DNA of 64,000 nucleotides from an uncultured candidatus Porisulfidus sp. (GTDB lineage Bacteria; Pseudomonadota; Gammaproteobacteria; Poriferisulfidales; Oxydemutatoraceae): NCBI GenBank assembly GCA_963693105.1, contig OY843752.1, positions 613,789 to 677,788 of the forward strand, read 5' to 3'. Shown piece by piece: positions 56,868 to 64,000 of this stretch (position 1 is its first letter; each line of letters starts with the position of its first letter). The notes under the pieces were generated by a model. It saw only the letters and a program-made list of their open reading frames with translations, ran no database searches and was not told where the DNA came from. The position numbers and the translations under genes were made by a program.

Positions 56868-57265
56868 TGAACATGAAACGAAAAGACAAAAACCAACGCG
56901 GATTTACATTGATCGAGATCATGGTCGTTGTGGTCATTCTCGGCATTCTGGCGGCGCTGGTGGTGCCCTCCATCATGGAGCGCCCCGACATGGCGCGCCA
57001 GGTTCGCGCCAAACAGGACGTGCGCACGCTGACCAACGCGATCAACATGTACCGTCTCGATCACTTCGACTACCCCACGGGTTTGCAGGACCTCGTTTCC
57101 GGAAACTACCTCGACAAACTTCCGAAAGATCCGTGGGGCAAGGACTACCAGTACCGCAGCCCCGGCTCGCACGGGCGTTTCGACATTTACAGTTACGGCA
57201 TGGACGGGCTGGATGGCGGCGCCGGACTGGAACAAGACGTCGGCAACTGGAATCTGGATGGATAA
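56864..57265 (+). CDS. gspG: major pseudopilin GspG
   Basis: prepilin leader …KNQRGFTLIEIMVVVVILGILAALVVP… and GspG C-terminal region. Confidence 0.9.
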   Translation: MMNMKRKDKNQRGFTLIEIMVVVVILGILAALVVPSIMERPDMARQVRAKQDVRTLTNAINMYRLDHFDYPTGLQDLVSGNYLDKLPKDPWGKDYQYRSPGSHGRFDIYSYGMDGLDGGAGLEQDVGNWNLDG

Positions 57266-57875
57266 AGCCGTCCGTGGCGCGGACGCTTCTTCATCCGGTT
57301 TCACCCTGATTGAAATCATTGTTGTCACCGTCATCATCGCGGTAATCGTCTCCGCGACGCTGCTGTCGGTCACCGTCGGCGAACGCGGCCGCGCGCAGGA
57401 AGTCGGGCGCCGCATCGTCAGCCTGATGAACAACCTCTCCGCCGAGGCGATCCTGACCGGCGTGCCCTACGGCCTGCGTTGGAACGACGGCGCGCGCCGC
57501 CTGGTCGCGGTGCATCTCAAAAAATCGGCATGGACAAGAGACGAGCGTTTCGGCGGCATCCAGGTTCCGCGCAACTGGAGTTTGCAGATGTCGTCGGGCG
57601 TGGGCGAGGGCGTGGATCTGGCATTGCTGGGCCGGGACGAAGACGACGAGACGCTGCCCGCCGTGGACGAGGACGACCCGGACGACCCGCAGGCGCCGGA
57701 GGAATCGCGCAAAGACCCCGCCGCCGACCCGTGGGTGCGGTTCCATCCGACCGGCCTGTGGCAGCCCGGCGGCATTCTTCAGATTCTGGTGGACCGCGAC
57801 CGCCAGGCGATGTTCGGCTGGACCGCGACCGGCCGCGTCACCATCGGCAATCGCGCCGCCGAAGAACTGCCGTGA
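57258..57875 (+). CDS. gspH: minor pseudopilin GspH
   Basis: …SSGFTLIEIIVVTVIIAV… prepilin N-terminus; order in operon. Confidence 0.75.
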   Translation: MDKAVRGADASSSGFTLIEIIVVTVIIAVIVSATLLSVTVGERGRAQEVGRRIVSLMNNLSAEAILTGVPYGLRWNDGARRLVAVHLKKSAWTRDERFGGIQVPRNWSLQMSSGVGEGVDLALLGRDEDDETLPAVDEDDPDDPQAPEESRKDPAADPWVRFHPTGLWQPGGILQILVDRDRQAMFGWTATGRVTIGNRAAEELP

Positions 57876-58315
57876 GCGTGCGCCGCAGCCGCCGCCGCGA
57901 CGCCGGCTTTACGTTGATCGAAGTGTTGATTGCGGTCGCCGTGCTGGCGATTGCGCTCGGTGCATCGCTCGACGCGCTCAACGTTTTCTCCGACACGCAG
58001 GTGCGTTTGCATGAACGCTACCTGGGGCATCTCACCGCCTGGAACGTGATGACCGACCACTACAACGAGCAGCGCACCGCGACCGAAGGCGGCGCGCTGT
58101 CGCTGACGACGGAAGGCTCCGAAGACCAGGGCGGCCGCACCTGGCAATGGTCAATCCAGAAGAAAGAACGGCGCGAGAATGTCGCCGCCGACGACGCGCC
58201 GGATGCGCCGGCGTCGCGCCTCGCCATTGTCGTCGTGGACGTTTACTCGCCGGGCGCGGCGCGCACCCGCGACGCCGCGCCCTCGGCGACGTTGCGCGCG
58301 ATTTTCGGACAATGA
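57872..58315 (+). CDS. gspI: minor pseudopilin GspI (GTG start overlapping gspH stop)
   Basis: …DAGFTLIEVLIAVAVLAIAL… prepilin N-terminus. Confidence 0.75.
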   Translation: MSVRRSRRRDAGFTLIEVLIAVAVLAIALGASLDALNVFSDTQVRLHERYLGHLTAWNVMTDHYNEQRTATEGGALSLTTEGSEDQGGRTWQWSIQKKERRENVAADDAPDAPASRLAIVVVDVYSPGAARTRDAAPSATLRAIFGQ

Positions 58316-58977
58316 CAACGCCCGCCGCGCGCACCTCCGGCTTCACGCTGCTTGAGGTGCTGATTGCGATGTCTATCTTCGCGCTGGTGTCGGCGATGAC
58401 TTTCCAGGGGTTGCAGACCTCGATGACGTTGCAGGAAAAAGTCGAGGAGAGCGCCACCGAGCTGAGCGATGTGCAACTGGTGATGACGCTGATGCTGGAG
58501 GACTTCATGAACGTGGTGCGCCGCCCGGTGCGCCCCGCCTTCGGCACCGACCGTCTGCCCGCTTTCAACGACGAGCCGCCGCTGGTGGAGGGCAGCGTTG
58601 ACGTCTATACCTGCGAGGCGGTTTTCACCCGCGCCGGGCTGCCGCCGGGACGCCTGCTGCGCGCCGGAATCCAGCGCGTCGCCTACTGCACCGACAGCGA
58701 GAACCGGCTTTTCCGGCTGTCGTGGCCGGTGCTGGACAAGGCGCAGGACAGCGCCCCGGTCGAAAGCCTGCTGCTCGACAACGTCATCGTGTTCGACATT
58801 CAGCCGCAATGGCGCAGCGACCTGTATGGCAAAAACACCACCGCCCGTCTTGAAATGCTGCCGCAATCCATCGAGATCACGCTGGAACTCGAAAGGGGCG
58901 ACGCCGGCGACACCGTGTCTTTCGTGCGCCGTTTCCCCGGTTTGCAGGACGTCTATCCGTGGCTGGAGCGGCAATGA
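58312..58977 (+). CDS. gspJ: minor pseudopilin GspJ
   Basis: …TSGFTLLEVLIAMSIFALV… prepilin N-terminus; ATGA overlap with gspI. Confidence 0.75.
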   Translation: MTTPAARTSGFTLLEVLIAMSIFALVSAMTFQGLQTSMTLQEKVEESATELSDVQLVMTLMLEDFMNVVRRPVRPAFGTDRLPAFNDEPPLVEGSVDVYTCEAVFTRAGLPPGRLLRAGIQRVAYCTDSENRLFRLSWPVLDKAQDSAPVESLLLDNVIVFDIQPQWRSDLYGKNTTARLEMLPQSIEITLELERGDAGDTVSFVRRFPGLQDVYPWLERQ

Positions 58978-60197
58978 AGAACTCGCGCGGCGTGGCGCTG
59001 TTGAGCGTGATGATTGTCGTCGCCTCGGTGTCGGCCACCGCCTCGTGGCTGCTCTACAGCCAGAATCTCGACATCCAGCGCACCTCGCGCATCCTCAAAA
59101 AAGAGCAGGCCGTCCTGCTGGCGCTGACCGTCGAGACGCGCGCGCTGCTGTCCTTGCAGGAAGACCGCATCAACGACGGCGGCGCCGCGGTGGACTATTA
59201 CGCGAGGACCGCAAGCGAAGTGGAAGAGGAGAACGACGACGACGAATCCTGGTCGGAGCCGTGGAGCATCGTGTCGGGCGTGCCGCCGCTGGAATCGCTG
59301 AAAGACGTCGAAATCTCCTCGTGCATCTACGACCTGCACGGCCTGTTGAACATCAACAACCTGCGCGCCGTGGAGCGGCTGAAACCCCCGGACAGAGACG
59401 AAAAAAGGCATGATGAAAGCAACCCCGCCAACCCCGGACAATGGCACGCGAAGCGCTTCAGGAAGTTTTTCGAGGCGTTTGCCGACGACGCTCCCGACGA
59501 CGACGACAATGTGGAAGTCGTCACGTTGATGGACTCATTGCTCGACTGGCTCGACGACGACGACACCTTCCGCGCCAACGGCGCCGAAGACGCCGAGTAT
59601 TCGCTGAAGAAGTTTGGTTATCACGCCGCCAATGCGCCGATTGTTTCGCCGCGCGAACTGCACTGGGTCAAGGGCTTCGAGGACTTGACGCCGGCGTCGC
59701 TGTCGTCGCTGCAAAGCGGGTTGGTCGCGCTGCCGGTGCGCATCGTCGGCAGGAGCAGCAAAATCAACATCAATACCGCCGCCGAGGAGGTGCTGGCGAC
59801 GCTGCCGTATTTCGGACTCGACACCGCACGCCAGTTGAGAACCCGTGTCGCGGAAGAACCGGTTACGGCGCAAAATGAAATCGCCGAAGTGCTCAAGTCG
59901 CTGCTGGCGCCGAGAGAAGACGGACAGCAGCACCTGCTGGATTGGGTGGACGAATACCTGACGGTGCAAAGCCGGTTTTTCGGCCTCGTCGTGGTGGTGC
60001 GCTTCGGCGATGTCGAGCTGACGGTCAACAGCACGCTCTACCGCGACAACACCGACTCGCCCTACCGCGTTTATGTGTTGCAGCGGTATTTCGGCGAAAA
60101 CCCCTACGACGCTCTCGACGTGTTCGACGGCAGGCGCTGTCTCGCGGGTTCCGCGCCCGCCGGGGAAGCCGCGGAGCCGGAAGAGGAAGAGGCATGA
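58974..60197 (+). CDS. gspK: minor pseudopilin GspK
   Basis: …GVALLSVMIVVASVS… N-terminus, acidic Ca-binding-like region, size typical of GspK. Confidence 0.8.
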   Translation: MKNSRGVALLSVMIVVASVSATASWLLYSQNLDIQRTSRILKKEQAVLLALTVETRALLSLQEDRINDGGAAVDYYARTASEVEEENDDDESWSEPWSIVSGVPPLESLKDVEISSCIYDLHGLLNINNLRAVERLKPPDRDEKRHDESNPANPGQWHAKRFRKFFEAFADDAPDDDDNVEVVTLMDSLLDWLDDDDTFRANGAEDAEYSLKKFGYHAANAPIVSPRELHWVKGFEDLTPASLSSLQSGLVALPVRIVGRSSKININTAAEEVLATLPYFGLDTARQLRTRVAEEPVTAQNEIAEVLKSLLAPREDGQQHLLDWVDEYLTVQSRFFGLVVVVRFGDVELTVNSTLYRDNTDSPYRVYVLQRYFGENPYDALDVFDGRRCLAGSAPAGEAAEPEEEEA

Positions 60198-60259
60198 CCC
60201 GGTATCCAGCGCCGGAATTGTGGTATTCTGATTCAAGCGGTTTTTTTCCGTAGCCTGTC

Positions 60260-61366
60260 ATGTGGAGAATCACACCGGATTCCAAACTGGTTGAGTTGCC
60301 GGTTCCAGACGGCGTTCGCGTTGAACGCGGCGTGGTCTGGGTGCCGGCAGAGATGCTGGTTTTCGAGCGCCCGAAATTGCCGCCGGGACGCAAAAACCTG
60401 TGGCGTCAGACGGTGCCCTACGCGCTCGAAGAAGCGTTCATCGAATCCATCGAAATGCTGCATTTTTCGCTCGGCGAGATGCACGACGACGGCGTACCGG
60501 TGGCTGTCGTGGCGCACCGGCGCATGGAGGAATGGCTGGCGTTGCTGAGCGACGCCGGTGTCGAAGCGCGCATGATGCTGCCCGATGTCTATGCGCTGCC
60601 GCTGGAGCCGGAACGCCGCACCATCTGGTACGAAAACGAACGCTGCCTGTACCGCGCCGATGAATGTTCGGGCCTTGCCGGCAGTCTCGAGTGGATTGCA
60701 TCGCTCGCGTCGCTGCAAAGCCGCGGCGGCAACCTCGACGTCTATTGCAACAGCAACCGCATCGAGGCGCTGCCGCGCGCGTGGCGCGACAAGGCGCGCC
60801 CACTGCCCGGCTCGCTCGACCAGGCCATGGTGCGCGCCGACCTCAGCGGCGCCATCAACCTGCTGCAGGGCGACTACGCGCCCCGCAGCACCGCCGCCGC
60901 GTGGGCGCGCCCGTGGCGCTGGGCCGCGGCGCTGACGCTGATTCTGCTCGGCGCCCACTTCGGCGCGCTCACCATCGAGACGCGCTGGCTCGACGCGCGC
61001 GCCGGTGAGTTTTCCCGGAGTACCGAGAGTTTGTTCAAGTCGCTCGCAATAGACAGCGAACTGATTGATATGCGCGCGCAGGTGGAACGCCGCCTCAAAC
61101 AACTGGAAGAACACCGCGCCAAAAGCGACAGCAACGTGTGGGATCTGGTCGCGCGGATGGAGCAGCCGCTGTCCAGCTGCAAGAGTTGCCGCGTTGATCT
61201 GCTCGACTTCAAGCAGCAGGAGATATTGCTGGAAGTCAGCATCGCCGGCGACCCGCAGCAGCTCAAGCGCCTGTTCGAGAAATTGCCGGGGGCCAGGGCC
61301 ACCCACAAGGACCTGTCCGATTTGGAAGACCGCAAGCGAATGCGTTTTCAGGTGAAGCCGCTGTGA
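60260..61366 (+). CDS. gspL: type II secretion protein GspL
   Basis: cytoplasmic actin-like domain, single TM (…WRWAAALTLILLGAHF…), periplasmic domain. Confidence 0.8.
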   Translation: MWRITPDSKLVELPVPDGVRVERGVVWVPAEMLVFERPKLPPGRKNLWRQTVPYALEEAFIESIEMLHFSLGEMHDDGVPVAVVAHRRMEEWLALLSDAGVEARMMLPDVYALPLEPERRTIWYENERCLYRADECSGLAGSLEWIASLASLQSRGGNLDVYCNSNRIEALPRAWRDKARPLPGSLDQAMVRADLSGAINLLQGDYAPRSTAAAWARPWRWAAALTLILLGAHFGALTIETRWLDARAGEFSRSTESLFKSLAIDSELIDMRAQVERRLKQLEEHRAKSDSNVWDLVARMEQPLSSCKSCRVDLLDFKQQEILLEVSIAGDPQQLKRLFEKLPGARATHKDLSDLEDRKRMRFQVKPL

Positions 61367-61866
61367 CGAACCCGTTGTCGCCGCTGATGGACTTGTGGGA
61401 GCAGCGCACGAGGCGCGAGCAGGCGATGATTGCAGGCCTGCTGGCCGCCGTTGTTCTGTTCCTGGGCCATCTCCTGCTGTACCAGCCGCTGCGCGCCCAC
61501 CATGACGATGCGCTGAAGCGGTTCACCGCCGCCGAGCACGACCATTTGTGGCTGCAACAGCGGGCGCAGAAAATCACGGGCATGCAATCCTCGATGCGCG
61601 GCGCGCGCCTGGCCGGCATCGCCCCCGGCAAACTGCGCGACATTTTCACGGACAGTCTCAAGAAGAACGGGCTGCAGGCGAAACTCGACGTCGTCGATCA
61701 GGAGGAAGGCACGAAGCAGATCAAGATCAGTTTCTCTTCGGTCGGCGGCAAGACGGTCATGCGCTGGGTGGAAGAGCGCGTCAACGACGGCCACCTGTTG
61801 CAGCGCCTGCACCTTGAAACCGCCGACCAGGGGCGGGTGTCCGCCACGGCCTGGTTCGAGAGATAA
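61363..61866 (+). CDS. gspM: type II secretion protein GspM
   Basis: 167 aa, single N-terminal TM, operon position. Confidence 0.75.
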   Translation: MTNPLSPLMDLWEQRTRREQAMIAGLLAAVVLFLGHLLLYQPLRAHHDDALKRFTAAEHDHLWLQQRAQKITGMQSSMRGARLAGIAPGKLRDIFTDSLKKNGLQAKLDVVDQEEGTKQIKISFSSVGGKTVMRWVEERVNDGHLLQRLHLETADQGRVSATAWFER

Positions 61867-61869
61867 ACA

Positions 61870-62616
61870 ATGGTCTGGATGAGGCGCTTTCTTTATCTGT
61901 TGCTCGCGGTGCTGACGTTGGCCGTGTGCCTCGTGCTGACGATGCCGATGCGCTTTGCCGTGGACTACTTCGGTGCGCCGCCCGCTCTCGGGCTGGAGCA
62001 TGTGCGCGGCAATCTGGTCGAGGGCCGCGCCGGTCTTGTCTTTAATCCGCCGCCCGGCCTGCCTGCACGCGCCGATGTCGCCTGGCACTGGTGTCCCGGT
62101 TTTCCGAACCCGCTTGCGTGGTGCGTGGACGCCGACGCCAGTCCGCTGCGCGTCGAGACGGTGGCGATGTGGTCGCCGCCGCGCGCGGTGGTGCTGTCCG
62201 GCGGCATGATCGAGGCGAAACTCGACCGCCAGCCGCTGCCGTTTGGCCGCGTGACGCTGCCGTTGAGCGCGCACCTGCGGATTATGATTGACACGGCGCG
62301 CTTTGCACCCGGCGGTTTTCTGCCGCAGGCGCTGCAAGGCCGCGCCGCCATCGAGGACCTCTCGACGGATTTGTTCAACGCCGGGAACTTCGACGCCGAC
62401 ATCGCCTCCGATGAAAACGGCGGGTTCGCCGCGAGCGTGCGCGGCGGCGGTGAAATGTTCAAGATAACCGGCGAGGCGGCACTGGCCGCCGACCGCAGTT
62501 ATCGCTACCAGCTCGACTTTGAAACCGACCAGGACCTTGTGCGCGACTACCTGTCGTCGCGCGGCAAGGCGAACGACAAGGGCGGCTACCGCCTGAGCGG
62601 CGCCGGCAAATTCTGA
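61870..62616 (+). CDS. gspN: type II secretion protein GspN
   Basis: 248 aa, N-terminal TM, operon position after gspM. Confidence 0.7.
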   Translation: MVWMRRFLYLLLAVLTLAVCLVLTMPMRFAVDYFGAPPALGLEHVRGNLVEGRAGLVFNPPPGLPARADVAWHWCPGFPNPLAWCVDADASPLRVETVAMWSPPRAVVLSGGMIEAKLDRQPLPFGRVTLPLSAHLRIMIDTARFAPGGFLPQALQGRAAIEDLSTDLFNAGNFDADIASDENGGFAASVRGGGEMFKITGEAALAADRSYRYQLDFETDQDLVRDYLSSRGKANDKGGYRLSGAGKF

Positions 62617-62636
62617 ACCGTAGTAGAATACCGCCC

Positions 62637-63047
62637 ATGTTGAAACTGAAGAAAGGATGCGGCGACTGGCTCGCCGAGGCGCTGGACAACATTGAAACGC
62701 TTGAAATTGACGAAGCGTTGCAGTTGCACGGCAAAGACGGTGTGCAGTTTATAGACGTCCGCGACCTCAATGAACTGACCGAAAGCGGCACCATTCCCGG
62801 AGCGGCGCATGCACCGCGCGGCATGCTGGAGTTTCTGGCCGACCCGGACAGCCCGTATCACAACAAAGTATTTTCGCAGGACAAGAAGTTTGTTTTGTTC
62901 TGTGCCGGCGGAGGGCGTTCTTCACTTGCCGCCTGGCGGTTGAAAGAAATGGGTTTCGACAACATCTGTCATGTCGCCGGCGGCTTCAAGGCATGGTGTC
63001 TGGCCGATGGCGATGTAGCTGCTTACCGCGCCGACTCCTCCGACTGA
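62637..63047 (+). CDS. single-domain rhodanese sulfurtransferase
   Basis: …FVLFCAGGGRSS… active-site Cys loop. Confidence 0.75.
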   Translation: MLKLKKGCGDWLAEALDNIETLEIDEALQLHGKDGVQFIDVRDLNELTESGTIPGAAHAPRGMLEFLADPDSPYHNKVFSQDKKFVLFCAGGGRSSLAAWRLKEMGFDNICHVAGGFKAWCLADGDVAAYRADSSD

Positions 63048-63377
63048 CGGCGTAAAATTTCCATATCCTTGCTTCCCGGGCGTACCGTTCGTCAGAAGCA
63101 ATTTATTTCAGGGATATAGGCTTAGCGATTATTTGTTGTCCAGGCGCAATTTCCGGCCTGTTTTTGAGTGCTGTTATGTGCTTATAATCGGGCTTATGAA
63201 AACCGGGCAACTCATCGTTTTGACTATTCCGGGCGGTGGCGCACCCCCCCGCATTGCGGCCTTCTCTGGCAGCAATATGTCATTCGTCGGCTCGGTGCTA
63301 CCGCTCATCCGGTTAGTGATTTTCCTGTTCATCAAGAAAGGTAATGTTCTCTTTCAACCCATGAAGGAGAAAATGAA

Positions 63378-63797
63378 ATGGAAAATACAATGGTAAAACA
63401 ACCTGCCTCACAACCGAAAAAGCCGGTCGAGCCGCCGGTGAACTGGAATGCGCCGCTAACCCGCGGCGACTTCGAGAAGGGCATAGGTGCTCTCGACAAG
63501 AAAGTCACGAGTGACATAGGCGCTCTCGACAAGAAGGTCACGAGTGACATAGGTGCTCTTGACAAGAAGGTCACGGAGAAAATAGGCGCTCTCGACACGA
63601 GGATCACGGTTGTTGAAAGCAAGGTGGATGCCCTCGACAAAAAAGTCGAGGCTGGCAGAACAGAAAACAGGGAGGACTTCAAGGCAGTGACTGCAGAAAT
63701 CAAGTCAGGGGTCAAGTACCTGACTAAAGCGGCTTCCATAATTGCCGCCGTGGTTACTGCAGTGTTGACCGGGCTTAAGTACTTCCCTCCTTCATAA
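63378..63797 (+). CDS. coiled-coil protein with 11-residue tandem repeats (IGALDKKVTSD x3-4) and C-terminal hydrophobic anchor
   Basis: AT-rich ORF; repeats evident in protein and DNA; C-terminal …IIAAVVTAVLTGL… TM-like segment. Confidence 0.5.
   Translation: MENTMVKQPASQPKKPVEPPVNWNAPLTRGDFEKGIGALDKKVTSDIGALDKKVTSDIGALDKKVTEKIGALDTRITVVESKVDALDKKVEAGRTENREDFKAVTAEIKSGVKYLTKAASIIAAVVTAVLTGLKYFPPS
63483..63614 (+). repeat. four tandem 33-bp in-frame repeats (ATAGG(T/C)GCTCTCGACAAGAA(A/G)GTCACGAGTGAC, last two degenerate)
   Basis: read directly from sequence. Confidence 0.8.
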
Positions 63798-63826
63798 AAC
63801 GCAAGGTGGAGGCTCTCGAAAGAAAA

Positions 63827-64000
63827 ATGGGGAAGATCAAGGCAGATGACAAAGCCCTCGACAGAGAAGTCGGGGGGTTCAGAGACTGCGTCAGAGCAGA
63901 ATGTGGATACCTGAGGCTGTTTATTTGCACAGTTTTATTCGTGCTTGTTGCAGGGGCAGCAGATGAAATCCGGGCGGAAGTCGGCGCAGAAATCAGCGCA
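63827..64000 (+). CDS. partial paralogous coiled-coil/hydrophobic-tail protein (runs off window end; start could also be GTG at 63806)
   Basis: …KIKADDKALDREVGG… resembles the upstream repeat protein, followed by hydrophobic …LFICTVLFVLVAGAA…. Confidence 0.3.
   Translation, partial: MGKIKADDKALDREVGGFRDCVRAECGYLRLFICTVLFVLVAGAADEIRAEVGAEISA

Noticed and set aside
48662-62616. Calling the pilin-like cluster a type IV pilus or competence system
   Set aside because: Presence of GspC (PDZ), GspL, GspM, GspN, a major pseudopilin with GspG-type C-terminus, and ExeA/ExeB indicates T2SS rather than T4P (no pilMNOPQ, pilT).

Overview
High-GC gammaproteobacterial chromosome window, apparently from a sulfur-metabolising lineage (Na+-NQR, several rhodaneses). 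Conserved backbone, in order: fdxA, gmk, a NarX/NarL-type two-component pair, suhB, the complete isc operon (iscRSUA-hscBA-fdx-iscX) running on into ndk-tldD-pmbA, yaaA, mpl, trx, hemL (frameshifted), nqrABCDE ... nqrF-apbE-nqrM, sseA, rhodanese-DUF2892, NUDIX, bolA, tatD, a MerR/B12-type regulator, dinB, and a complete type II secretion system (gspC-D-A-B-E-F-G-H-I-J-K-L-M-N). The most unusual element is a ~4.3 kb insertion between nqrE and nqrF. It carries five tandem cassettes, each with its own sigma70-like promoter, RBS and rho-independent terminator. Each cassette encodes a precursor peptide with a nitrile-hydratase-like leader peptide (NHLP family, ending ...ENIAGG) and a hypervariable Gly/Ala/Ser-rich, Cys-containing core. 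One cassette is disrupted by an IS481-like insertion sequence with a CAGTA target-site duplication. No maturation or export genes for these peptides are present in the window. Other accessory features include a low-GC island encoding an Mrr type IV restriction enzyme plus a second Mrr_N-like protein, a low-GC GT10 fucosyltransferase gene, a tandemly duplicated and fused GT2 glycosyltransferase, a second small low-GC island between hemL and nqrA, and a repeat-containing coiled-coil protein at the 3' end. All calls are from reading the ORF translations and the DNA by eye; no searches or computations were run.
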